From the NCBI GenBank assembly GCA_964016885.1, contig OZ024751.1:51646001-51710000 (forward strand): a DNA stretch of 64,000 bases, given 5' to 3'. The stretch's first letter is position 1; each line of letters starts with the position of its first letter. The notes beneath the pieces are model-generated. The model saw only the letters and a program-made list of their open reading frames with translations, made no database searches and was not told the DNA's origin. Below, in pieces: positions 40,748-55,900 of this stretch. The position numbers and the translations under genes are program-made. The DNA comes from Eledone cirrhosa (Eukaryota).

Positions 40748-41647
40748 GGTGTTCGGGATAAATTTGACAGTTTCATCAGGAAAAAGAAAAAGTGCTTGGT
40801 ATCTACAAAATTTATTTGATTTAAAAGAAATTCAATGGACAAGGAAATTACACTATTGTCAAAGAGTTTTACTCAAAATAACCGCCATTAGCGTCTATTA
40901 CAGCCTCAATCCGGGCCCGGAACCTGGAGCAAGCTGATTTTACACTTTCCCTGGGAAGGCCCTCAAAAACTACTTTAATTCTGTCGATTAACTGGGCTTT
41001 TGTAGTACTGGCGCGGCGATTGGTGTCTTTCTCTACAGCGCCCCATACATAATAGTCCATCGGGTTAAGATCAGGGGAGTTCGGAGGCCAAACATTGGGA
41101 CTGGTGTAGTCGTAAAAATTGGCTGACAACCATTTTCTGTGAGAAGTTGACCTCTGCGACGCTTGTATAAGTAGTAGCGAAGGTCTTCATTGAGTGCAAT
41201 TTTCATAGAAGAGGCTGAAACATTCAATTCACGCGACAAAGACCGAATTCCGATGCCAGGGTCCTCCAACACCTTTTTCTGCAGATTTTCGAGGAATTCT
41301 GCTGTGCGAGAGCAATCAGATCTTCTGTTATGTTTCTTTCTTCTAGCCACAGCCTCGTAGTCTTCATTGCAATTCTCCAGTTCATGCCGGATTGTTTTTA
41401 CAGTGTTCAGGGAGCATTGAGCAGCGACCATAATCTCCTTATTTTGATGGCCGGCGCGAATCATCATGATACAAGTTATTCTCTTCCATGATTCAGGTGG
41501 CTCCCAGTCATCCATTCTCGTTGTCATCACATATATGAATGAAGGAGGGTTTAAACTTTCAAATAAAGCCTAGTGGGCATGAATGAATTTAAAACATCTG
41601 AAAAAACAACCAAATATTATTCTGTCAAATTTATCCCGAACACCCTG
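40745..41647 (-). mobile_element. Internally deleted Tc1/mariner transposon, probably maT (DD37D) type
   Basis: Perfect 26-bp TIRs CAGGGTGTTCGGGATAAATTTGACAG (40745-40770 / 41622-41647) with TA flanks. HTH region in ORF 41033-41530 and WPPNSPDLNPMDY in ORF 40869-41129. The first two catalytic Asp regions are missing. Confidence 0.92.
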
Positions 41648-41736
41648 TATATAATATATATATATATATATATGTGTGTATATATATATAATATATATAT
41701 ATGTGTGTATATATATATATATATATAATATATATA

Positions 41737-41781
<45 letters not shown>

Positions 41782-41795
41782 TATGTATATATATA

Positions 41796-41862
<67 letters not shown>

Positions 41863-42148
41863 TATGTATATATATATATATATATGAATGGCCGCATGGG
41901 AGAGAATGTTCTGGTGTTGAAATTCCGCTACAACCGACTTGTTAGACAGGTTTTATCCGTGTATATATATATATTGGAATTAATGAACATGTACTGGGAA
42001 ACAGCATTAGAAATACACACACACACATACACACACATACACACATTCACACACTCACATGCACAGACACATACACATACGCTTACATACATGCACATAC
42101 ACACATTCATACACATAAATATATATATATTTATATATATATATATAT

Positions 42149-42252
<104 letters not shown>

Positions 42253-42399
42253 GTATATAATTATTTTCTCTCTCTCTCTCACACACATACATACACACAG
42301 AAATTCGTACAAATTACCTAACTCTGCTTCACAAAGACATGACTATCGCAACAGTTTATTACAGACATCAACATCAATGGATCTCCACCTGTTTCGATG

Positions 42400-42560
42400 A
42401 TGAGCGCTCAGCTGTTTCATCAACGGAACACTCTGCTCACGAATTTAACGTGCAAGTGGTATGTGTCTATATTCCATAGACACATGTACCCATATCGTAA
42501 TTCTCAGGGAGATTCAGTGTTACAAGGCTGGATCCCTGAACTACAAGTAAAATAATTCCT
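42400..42560. mobile_element. Interspersed repeat fragment; inverse homologue at 46851-46950
   Basis: AATTCTCAGGGAGATTCAG...TGTTACAAGGCT versus AGCCTTGTAACA...CTGATTCTCCCTGAGAATT. Confidence 0.6.
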
Positions 42561-42820
42561 TTATGCTTCCATACAGAACCCGTCGACTCAATTTCACTCA
42601 CAATATATATATATGTGTGTCTGTCTGTCTGCCTGTGTGGGGGGGGGGGGGACACTAAACCTTAACCAGTCATGAATTTTATTAAAATGTTTATAAAATG
42701 TACGTAAACCAGTTCAAATCGACATAAACTATATGTATAGCTTCTTTAGTTTCATATCCTAAGATGTGAAGATATTTATTTTAGCCTGGTCTCAATTACG
42801 GCAAGAATCTATGGAAGTGG

Positions 42821-42892
<72 letters not shown>

Positions 42893-42897
<5 letters not shown>

Positions 42898-43062
42898 TCC
42901 GTTATAACGAAGTTCACAGGGTATTAAAAAATTCGTTGTAACGGAAAACTTTTTATAACGAGATCGACCTAACACATCGAGCGTGTGGCCAGGGATTTTA
43001 AAAAGGTTCGTTATACTGAAAAATTCGTTATAATGGTATTCGTTATAACGGAATTTTACCTG
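42893..43062. mobile_element. MITE, pogo/Tigger-like
   Basis: AAATTCCGTTATAACGA...TCGTTATAACGGAATTTTACCTG-TA, with internal reiterated CGTTATAACG motifs. Confidence 0.7.
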
Positions 43063-43125
43063 TATATATATATTATCCTTATCGAGCCCTCTTCGGATTT
43101 TAGTCTTCACATTTATTATTATTAC

Positions 43126-43167
<42 letters not shown>

Positions 43168-43216
43168 CTGGTGCGTTATGGTCCACCTGGTATCTTACCA
43201 CACTTTCTTTGTTCTT

Positions 43217-43264
<48 letters not shown>

Positions 43265-43742
43265 GGATATCCATAAATATAAGGCTGAGAACAACAATGC
43301 TCAATCTAGTACAAGAGAGCTTATTTAGTTAATATTAAATTTCGTACAGTTTGCATCTGAACAAACAACTCCTCACAGAAGGTATTGGCAACCTAAGGTT
43401 TCGGTAAAGGACATGTGGTCAAGATGCCACACATTAGGATCGAACGTGAGGGCACGTTCTTGCGAAGAGATGATGGGAACCATGCAGTAATGCTGGGACC
43501 ATGTCCTTAAAAATCGTAAAATTCAAGCTTATCTGAAGATGCCATTAGGAGACCAGTCTAGTGTGATCTCATAGCTTACTGTGTTATTGTTATAGGTCAT
43601 AGGAAACTATGATGTCATAGTAAGATATGATGTCATAGTAAATTATGATGTCATAGTAAATTATGATGTCATAGTAATTGGTGATTCTTCTGAGCAAAAG
43701 AAATAGATAGAGATAGAGTAAAAATCAGAGAAAGGGGAAAAG

Positions 43743-43775
<33 letters not shown>

Positions 43776-44059
43776 AATTTGGGAGAGAAAGAGAAGGTGA
43801 AAGAAACAGGGATTGCAAACCTGTGAAAGGTAGGAAAATAGCAAGGTTGTATGCATACTTTTAGCGAGATATATATATATACTGAAACAGAGAGAGTGGG
43901 AAATTAATCGGTCTCGAAAGAGACAGAATAGAAGAGGGGAGAGAGAGAGAGAGAGGGGGAGAGAGATATAGGGGGAGGGGGCGATAGAAACATATATACA
44001 GGGACGGATCGATTTAACGTTGCAGATAGATAAATAGCTATATGGATGCACACATGTAC

Positions 44060-44136
<77 letters not shown>

Positions 44137-44277
44137 TAACGAACGAAAACTGGTACGGAACCAGATGGACTATAACGCACCAAAGTACTCAATACTAAGG
44201 GTAGTAGAGTGGTTAATAGGAACGAGTAGAAACCTGACGGCTTCAGCTCAGCCGTCGGGGTCCTACTCGTTCCTATA
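44137..44277. mobile_element. Family F fold-back copy, axis ~44247 in HHR stem III loop (tail-only copy at 43168-43215)
   Basis: TAGGAACGAGTAG...GACGGCT-tcagctc-AGCCGTC...CTACTCGTTCCTA. Confidence 0.8.
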
Positions 44278-44285
44278 TACATATA

Positions 44286-44318
<33 letters not shown>

Positions 44319-44454
44319 TAATTGTTTCTACTTTAGGCACAAGGCCAGCAATTACCCAGTGCATTACTGGTACTTTATTTTATCGACCCCGTAAGGATGA
44401 AAGGCAAAGTCAACCTCGGCGGGAGTTGAACTCAGATCGTAAAGGGACGTAACT

Positions 44455-45701
<1,247 letters not shown>

Positions 45702-45879
45702 GAGAAAGAGAGGGGGAGTGAGAGAAGGAGAGAGAAGAGAAAAGAGAGAAGGAGAGAGATAGAAAGTGAAACAGAAGAGATGTAGTCAATCAGGGAATGT
45801 GAAGTAAAAGGAAGGTTTAAAAGAGAGAACAATTTCCTGTCTTCAAAGAATAAAATAATCAATGATTTGTTTCTAATGA

Positions 45880-46806
45880 GGGTGGTGGTGGTGGTGGTGG
45901 GGTGATGGTAGTGGTGGTGTGGTGGTGGTGGTGGTGTGGTGATGGTAGTGGTGGTGTGGTGGTGGTAATGGTATTGGTAGTGGTGGTGGTAGTGGTGGTG
46001 GTGGTGGTGTGGTGGTGGTGGTGGTGGTGGTGGTGGTAGTGGTGGTGGTGGTGGTGGTGTGTGGTGGTGGTGGTGGTGGTGGTGGTGGTGGTGGTGGTGG
46101 TGGTGTGTGGTGGTGGTGGTGGTGGTGGTGGTGGTGGCGGTGGTGGTAGTGGTGGTGGTAGTGGTGGCGGTGGTGGCGGTGGTGGTAATGGTGGTAGTGG
46201 TGGTGGTGGTACTGGTGGTGGTGGTGGTGGTGGTGGTAGTAGTGGCGGTGGTGGTGGTCGTGGTGGTGGTGGTGGTGGTGGTGGTGGTGGTGGTGGTGGT
46301 GGTGGTGGTGGTGGTGGTGGTAGTAGTGGTGGCGGTTGTGGTATTGGTGGCGGTGTTGGTAGTGGTGGCGGTGTTGGTAGTGGTGGTGGTGGTGGTGGTG
46401 GTGGTGGTGGTGGTGGTGGTAGTGGTGGCGGTGATGGCGGTGGTGGTGGTGGTAGTAGTGGTGGTGGTGGTGGTGGTGGTGGTAGTGGTGGCGGTTGTGA
46501 TATTGGTGGCGGTGTTGGTAGTGGTGGTGGTGGTGCTGTGGTGATAGTAGTGGTGTTGGTAGTGGTGGTGGTGGTGTGGTGATGGTAGTGGTGGTGGTGG
46601 TGTTGGTAGTGGTGGTAGTGGTGTTGGTAGTGGTGGTAGTGGTGTTGGTAGTGGTGGTGGTGGTGTTGGTAGTGGTGTTGGTAGTGGTGGTAGTGGTGTT
46701 GGTAGTGGTGCTGGTGCCGGTGGTGGTGGTGCTGCTACTGGTGCTGCTGGTAATGGTGCTGCTACTGCTGGTGATGGTGCTGCTACTGCTGCTGTTGGTG
46801 GTGGTC
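45880..46806. repeat. (GGT)n-rich low-complexity tract
   Basis: Source of the poly-H/T/G/V ORFs. Confidence 0.95.
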
Positions 46807-46968
46807 ACCATGGCCTAGTGTGTAAAATTTGCTAGACGAAAACTGTTTGGAAGCCTTGTAACATACTGTTTGTTGCTGATTCTCCCTGAGAATTTTGTTA
46901 AATGGACAAATGTCCGTGAAATATACAGCTACAGACACGCTAATTCATTGGTCCCAGCTATTGCTGAT

Positions 46969-49900
46969 GTTATTACTAAGACCTACACCTGACTATCTTG
47001 GTCTTAACTGCTGTTATCGTTATTACTAAGACCTACACCTGACTATCTTGGTCTTAACTGCTGTTATCGTTATTACTAAGACCTACACCAGACTACCTTG
47101 GTCTTAACTGCTGTTATCGTTATTACTAAGACCTACACCAGACTTCCTTGGTCTTAACTGCTGTTATCGTTATTACTAAGACCTACACCAGACTTCCTTG
47201 GTCTTAACTGCTTTTATCGTTATTGCTAAGACCTACACCAGACTTCCTTGGTCTTAACTGCTGTTATCGTTATTACTAAGACCTACACCAGACTTCCTTG
47301 GTCTTAACTGCTTTTATCATTATTACTAAGACCTACACCAGACTTCCTTGGTCTTAACTGCTTTTATCGTTATTACTAAGACCTACACCTGACTATCTTG
47401 GTCTTAACTGCTGTTATCGTTATTACTAAGACCTACACCTGACTATCTTAGTCTTAACTGCTGTTATCGTTATTACTAAGACCTACACCTGACTATCTTG
47501 GTCTTAACTGCTGTTATCGTTATTACTAAGACCTACACCTGACTTCCTTGGTCGTAACTGCTGTTATCGTTATTACTAAGGCCTACACCTGACTTCCTTG
47601 GTCTTAACTGCTTTTATCGTTATTACTAAGACCTACACCAGACTTCCTTGGTCTTAACTGCTGTTATCGTTATTACTAAGACCTACACCAGACTTCCTTG
47701 GTCTTAACTGCTGTTATCGTTATTACTAAGACCTACACCTGACTATCTTAGTCTTAACTGCTGTTATCGTTATTACTAAGACCTACACCTGACTATCTTG
47801 GTCTTAACTGCTGTTTGTCGTTATTACTAAGACCTACACCTGACTATCTTGGTCTTAACTGCTGTTATCGTTATTACTAAGACCTACACCTGACTTCCTT
47901 GGTCTTAACTGCTTTTATCGTTATTACTAAGACCTACACCAGACTTCCTTGGTCTTAACTGCTGTTATCGTTATTACTAAGGCCTACACCTGACTTCCTT
48001 GGTCTTAACTGCTTTTATCGTTATTACTAAGACCTACACCTGACTATCTTAGTCTTAACTGCTGTTATCGTTATTACTAAGACCTACACCTGACTATCTT
48101 GGTCTTAACTGCTGTTATCGTTATTACTAAGACCTACACCAGACTACCTTGGTCTTAACTGCTGTTATCGTTATTACTAAGACCTACACCAGACTTCCTT
48201 GGTCTTAACTGCTGTTATCGTTATTACTAAGACCTACACCAGACTTCCTTGGTCTTAACTGCTTTTATCGTTATTACTAAGACCTACACCAGACTTCCTT
48301 GGTCTTAACTGCTGTTATCGTTATTACTAAGACCTACACCAGACTTCCTTGGTCTTAACTGCTTTTATCATTATTACTAAGACCTACACCAGACTTCCTT
48401 GGTCTTAACTGCTTTTATCGTTATTACTAAGACCTACACCTGACTATCTTGGTCTTAACTGCTGTTATCGTTATTACTAAGACCTACACCTGACTATCTT
48501 AGTCTTAACTGCTGTTATCGTTATTACTAAGACCTACACCTGACTATCTTGGTCTTAACTGCTGTTATCGTTATTACTAAGACCTACACCTGACTTCCTT
48601 GGTCGTAACTGCTGTTATCGTTATTACTAAGGCCTACACCTGACTTCCTTGGTCTTAACTGCTTTTATCGTTATTACTAAGACCTACACCTGACTATCTT
48701 GGTCTTAACTGCTGTTATCGTTATTACTAAGACCTACACCTGACTTCCTTGGTCTTAACTGCTGTTATCGTTATTACTAAGGCCTACACCAGACTTCCTT
48801 GGTCTTAACTGCTGTTATCGTTATTACTAAGACCTACACCTGACTATCTTAGTCTTAACTGCTGTTATCGTTATTACTAAGACCTACACCTGACTATCTT
48901 GGTCTTAACTGCTGTTATCGTTATTACTAAGACCTACACCTGACTATCTTGGTCTTAACTGCTGTTATCGTTATTACTAAGACCTACACCTGACTTCCTT
49001 GGTCTTAACTGCTTTTATCGTTATTACTAAGAACTACACCTGACTTCCTTGGTCTTAACTGCTGTTATCGTTATTACTAAGACCTACACCAGACTTCCTT
49101 GGTCTTAACTGCTGTTATCGTTATTACTAAGACCTACACCTGACTATCTTAGTCTTAACTGCTGTTATCGTTATTACTAAGACCTACACCAGACTTCCTT
49201 GGTCTTAACTGCTGTTATCGTTATTACTAAGACCTACACCAGACTTCCTTGGTCTTAACTGCTTTTATCATTATTATTAAGACCTACACCAGACTTCCTT
49301 GGTCTTAACTGCTTTTATCGTTATTACTAAGACCTACACCTGACTATCTTGGTCTTAACTGCTGTTATCGTTATTACTAAGACCTACACCTGACTATCTT
49401 AGTCTTAACTGCTGTTATCGTTATTACTAAGACCTACACCTGACTATCTTCGTCTTAACTGCTGTTATCGTTATTACTAAGACCTACACCTGACTTCCTT
49501 GGTCGTAACTGCTGTTATCGTTATTACTAAGGCCTACACCTGACTTCCTTGGTCTTAACTGCTTTTATCGTTATTACTAAGACCTACACCAGACTTCCTT
49601 GGTCTTAACTGCTGTTATCGTTATTACTAAGACCTACACCAGACTTCCTTGGTCTTAACTGCTGTTATCGTTATTACTAAGACCTACACCTGACTATCTT
49701 AGTCTTAACTGCTGTTATCGTTATTACTAAGACCTACACCTGACTATCTTGGTCTTAACTGCTGTTATCGTTATTACTAAGACCTACACCTGACTATCTT
49801 GGTCTTAACTGCTGTTATCGTTATTACTAAGACCTACACCTGACTTCCTTGGTCTTAACTGCTTTTATCGTTATTACTAAGACCTACACCAGACTTCCTT

Positions 49901-52900
49901 GGTCTTAACTGCTGTTATCGTTATTACTAAGGCCTACACCTGACTTCCTTGGTCTTAACTGCTTTTATCGTTATTACTAAGACCTACACCTGACTATCTT
50001 AGTCTTAACTGCTGTTATCGTTATTACTAAGACCTACACCTGACTATCTTGGTCTTAACTGCTGTTATCGTTATTACTAAGACCTACACCAGACTACCTT
50101 GGTCTTAACTGCTGTTATCGTTATTACTAAGACCTACACCAGACTTCCTTGGTCTTAACTGCTGTTATCGTTATTACTAAGACCTACACCAGACTTCCTT
50201 GGTCTTAACTGCTTTTATCGTTATTACTAAGACCTACACCAGACTTCCTTGGTCTTAACTGCTGTTATCGTTATTACTAAGACCTACACCAGACTTCCTT
50301 GGTCTTAACTGCTTTTATCATTATTACTAAGACCTACACCAGACTTCCTTGGTCTTAACTGCTTTTATCGTTATTACTAAGACCTACACCTGACTATCTT
50401 GGTCTTAACTGCTGTTATCGTTATTACTAAGACCTACACCTGACTATCTTAGTCTTAACTGCTGTTATCGTTATTACTAAGACCTACACCTGACTATCTT
50501 GGTCTTAACTGCTGTTATCGTTATTACTAAGACCTACACCTGACTTCCTTGGTCGTAACTGCTGTTATCGTTATTACTAAGGCCTACACCTGACTTCCTT
50601 GGTCTTAACTGCTTTTATCGTTATTACTAAGACCTACACCTGACTATCTTGGTCTTAACTGCTGTTATCGTTATTACTAAGACCTACACCTGACTTCCTT
50701 GGTCTTAACTGATTTTATCGTTATTACTAAGACCTACACCAGACTTCCTTGGTCTTAACTGCTGTTATCGTTATTACTAAGGCCTACACCAGACTTCCTT
50801 GGTCTTAACTGCTGTTATCGTTATTACTAAGACCTACACCTGACTATCTTAGTCTTAACTGCTGTTATCGTTATTACTAAGACCTACACCTGACTATCTT
50901 GGTCTTAACTGCTGTTATCGTTATTACTAAGACCTACACCTGACTATCTTGGTCTTAACTGCTGTTATCGTTATTACTAAGACCTACACCTGACTTCCTT
51001 GGTCTTAACTGCTTTTATCGTTATTACTAAGACCTACACCTGACTTCCTTGGTCTTAACTGCTGTTATCGTTATTACTAAGACCTACACCAGACTTCCTT
51101 GGTCTTAACTGCTGTTATCGTTATTACTAAGACCTACACCTGACTATCTAAGTCTTAACTGCTGTTATCGTTATTACTAAGACCTACACCAGACTTCCTT
51201 GGTCTTAACTGCTGTTATCGTTATTACTAAGACCTACACCAGACTTCCTTGGTCTTAACTGCTGTTATCGTTATTACTAAGACCTACACCTGACTTCCTT
51301 GGTCTTAACTGCTGTTATCATTATTACTAAGACCTACACCAGACTTCCTTGGTCTTAACTGCTTTTATCGTTATTACTAAGACCTACACCAGACTTCCTT
51401 GGTCTTAACTGCTTTTATCGTTATTACTAAGACCTACACCATACATCCTTGGTCTTAACTTCTTTTATCGTTATTACTAAGACCTACACCAGACTTCCTT
51501 GGTCTTAACTGCTTTTATCGTTATTACTAAGACCTACACCTGACTATCTTGGTCTTAACTGCTGTTATCGTTATTACTAAGACCTACACCAGACTTCCTT
51601 GCTCTTAACTGCTGTTATCGTTATTACTAAGACCTACACCTGACTATCTTAGTCTTAACTGCTGTTATCGTTATTACTAAGACCTACACCTGACTATCTT
51701 GGTCTTAACTGCTGTTATCGTTATTACTAAGACCTACACCTGACTTCCTTGGTCTTAACTGCTGTTATCGTTATTACTAAGGCCTACACCTGACTTCCTT
51801 GGTCTTAACTGCTTTTACCGTTATTACTAAGACCTACACCAGACTTCCTTGGTCTTAACTGCTGTTATCGTTATTACTAAGAACTACACCAGACTTCCTT
51901 GGTCTTAACTGCTTTTATCGTTATTACTAAGACCTACACCTGACTATCTTGGTCTTAACTGCTGTTATCGTTATTACTAAGACCTACACCTGACTATCTT
52001 GGTCTTAACTGCTGTTATCGTTATTACTAAGACCTACACCTGACTATCTTGGTCTTAACTGCTGTTATCGTTATTACTAAGACCTACATCTGACTTCCTT
52101 GGTCTTAACTGCTTTTATCGTTATTACTAAGACCTACACCAGACTTCCTTGGTCTTAACTGCTGTTATCGTTATTACTAAGACCTACACCAGACTTCCTT
52201 GGTCTTAACTGCTGTTATCGTTATAACTAAGACCTACACCTGACTATCTTAGTCTTAACTGCTGGTATCGTTATTACTAAGACCTACACCTGACTATCTT
52301 GGTCTTAACTGCTGTTATCGTTATTACTAAGACCTACACCTGACTATCTTGGTCTTAACTGCTGTTATCGTTATTACTAGGACCTACACCTGACTTCCTT
52401 GGTCTTAACTGCTTTTATCGTAATTACTAAAATCTACACCAGACTTCCTTGGTCTTAACTGCTGTTATCGTTATTACTAAGACCTACACCTGACTATCTT
52501 GGTCTTAACTGCTGTTATCGTTATTACTAAGACCTACACCAGACTTCCTTGGTCTTAACTGCTTTTATCGTTATTACTAAGACCTACACCTGACTATCTT
52601 GGTCTTAACTGCTGTTATCGTTATTACGAAGACCTACACCAGACTTCCTTGGTCTTAACTGCTTTTATCGTTATTACTAAGACCTACACCAGACTTCCTT
52701 GGTCTTAACTGCTTTTATCGTTATTACAAAGACCTACACCTGACTATCTTGGTCTTAACTGATGTTATCGTTATTACTAAGACCTACACCTGACTATCTT
52801 GGTCTTAACTGCTGTTATCGTTATTACTAAGACCTACACCTGACTTCCTTGGTCTTAACTGCTGTTATCGTTATTACTAAGGCCTACACCTGACTTCCTT

Positions 52901-55900
52901 GGTCTTAACTGCTTTTATCGTTATTACTAAGACTTACACCAGACTTCCTTGGTCTTAACTGCTGTTATCGTTATTACTAAGACCTACACCAGACTTCCTT
53001 GGTCTTAACTGCTGTTATCGTTATTACTAAGACCTACACCTGACTATCTTAGTCTTAACTGCTGTTATCGTTATTATTAAGACCTACACCTGACTATCTT
53101 GGTCTTAACTGCTGTTATCGTTATTACTAAGACCTACACCTGACTATCTTGGTCTTAGCTGCTGTTATCGTTATTACTAAGACCTACACCTGACTTCCTT
53201 GGTCTTAACTGCTTTTATCGTTATTACTAAGACCTACACCAGACTTCCTTGGTCTTAACTGCTGTTATCGTTATTACTAAGACCTACACCAGACTTCCTT
53301 GGTCTTAACTGCTGTTATCGTTATTACTAAGACCTACACCTGACTATCTTAGTCTTAACTGCTGTTATCGTTATTACTAAGACCTACACCTGACTATCTT
53401 GGTCTTAACTGCTGTTATCGTTATTACTAAGACCTACACCTGACTATCTTGGTCTTAACTGCTGTTATCGTTATTACTAAGACCTACACCTGACTTCCTT
53501 GGTCTTAACTGCTTTTATCGTAATTACTAAGACCTACACCTGACTTCCTTGGTCTTAACTGCTGTTATCGTTATTACTAAGATCTACACCAGACTTCCTT
53601 GGTCTTAACTGCTGTTATCGTTATTACTAAGACCTACACCTGACTATCTTAGTCTTAACTGCTGTTATCGTTATTACTAAGACCTACACCAGACTTCCTT
53701 GGTCTTAACTGCTGTTATCGTTATTACTAAGACCTACACCAGACTTCCTTGGTCTTAACTGCTGTTATCGGTATTACTAAGACCTACACCTGACTTCCTT
53801 GGTCTTAACTGCTGTTATCATTATTACTAAGACCTACACCAGACTTCCTTGGTCTTAACTGCTGTTATCGTTATTACTAAGACCTACACCTGACTTCCTT
53901 GGTCTTAACTGCTGTTATCGTTATTACTAAGAACTACACCAGACTTCCTTGGTCTTAACTGCTTTTATCGTTATTACTAAGACCTACACCTGACTATCTT
54001 GGTCTTAACTGCTGTTATCGTTATTACTAAGACCTACACCTGACTATCTTGGTCTTAACTGCTGTTATCGTTATTACTAAGACCTACACCTGACTTCCTT
54101 GGTCGTAACTGCTGTTATCGTTATTACTAAGGCCTACACCTGACTTCCTTGGTCTTAACTGCTGTTATCGTTATTACTAAGACCTACACCTGACTTCCTT
54201 GGTCTTAACTGCTGTTATCATTATTACTAAGACCTACACCAGACTTCCTTGGTCTTAACTGCTTTTATCATTATTACTAAGACCTACACCAGACTTCCTT
54301 GGTCTTAACTGCTTTTATCGTTATTACTAAGACCTACACCTGACTATCTTGGTCTTAACTGCTGTTATCGTTATTACTAAGACCTACACCTGACTATCTT
54401 AGTCTTAACTGCTGTTATCGTTATTACTAAGACCTACACCTGACTATCTTGGTCTTAACTGCTGTTATCGTTATTACTAAGACCTACACCTGACTTCCTT
54501 GGTCGTAACTGCTGTTATCGTTATTACTAAGGCCTACACCTGACTTCCTTGGTCTTAACTGCTTTTATCGTTATTACTAAGACCTACACCAGACTTCCTT
54601 GGTCTTAACTGCTGTTATCGTTATTACTAAGACCTACACCAGACTTCCTTGGTCTTAACTGCTGTTATCGTTATTACTAAGACCTACACCTGACTATCTT
54701 AGTCTTAACTGCTGTTATCGTTATTACTAAGACCTACACCTGACTATCTTGGTCTTAACTGCTGTTATCGTTATTACTAAGACCTACACCTGACTATCTT
54801 GGTCTTAACTGCTGTTATCGTTATTACTAAGACCTACACCTGACTTCCTTGGTCTTAACTGCTTTTATCGTTATTACTAAGACCTACACCAGACTTCCTT
54901 GGTCTTAACTGCTGTTATCGTTATTACTAAGGCCTACACCTGACTTCCTTGGTCTTAACTGCTTTTATGGTTATTACTAAGACCTACACCTGACTATCTT
55001 AGTCTTAACTGCTGTTATCGTTATTACTAAGACCTACACCTGACTATCTTGGTCTTAACTGCTGTTATCGTTATTACTAAGACCTACACCAGACTACCTT
55101 GGTCTTAACTGCTATTATCGTTATTACTAAGACCTACACCAGACTTCCTTGGTCTTAACTGCTGTTATCGTTATTACTAAGACGTACACCAGACTTCCTT
55201 GGTCTTAACTGCTTTTATCGTTATTACTAAGACCTACACCAGACTTCCTTGGTCTTAACTGCTGTTATCGTTATTACTAAGACCTACACCAGACTTCCTT
55301 GGTCTTAACTGCTTTTATCATTATTACTAAGACCTACACCAGACTTCCTTGGTCTTAACTGCTTTTATCGTTATTACTAAGACCTACACCTGACTATCTT
55401 GGTCTTAACTGCTGTTATCGTTATTACTAAGACCTACACCTGACTATCTTAGTCTTAACTGCTGTTATCGTTATTACTAAGACCTACACCTGACTATCTT
55501 GGTCTTAACTGCTGTTATCGTTATTACTAAGACCTACACCTGACTTCCTTGGTCGTAACTGCTGTTATCGTTATTACTAAGGCCTACACCTGACTTCCTT
55601 GGTCTTAACTGCTTTTATCGTTATTACTAAGACCTACACCTGACTATCTTGGTCTTAACTGCTGTTATCGTTATTACTAAGACCTACACCTGACTTCCTT
55701 GGTCTTAACTGCTGTTATCGTTATTACTAAGGCCTACACCAGACTTCCTTGGTCTTAACTGCTGTTATCGTTATTACTAAGACCTACACCTGACTATCTT
55801 AGTCTTAACTGCTGTTATCGTTATTACTAAGACCTACACCTGACTATCTTGGTCTTAACTGCTGTTATCGTTATTACTAAGACCTACACCTGACTATCTT

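Noticed and set aside
45873-46818. His/Thr/Gly-rich ORFs as structural proteins
   Set aside because: A (GGT)n tract open in several frames on both strands, with no splice or domain evidence.
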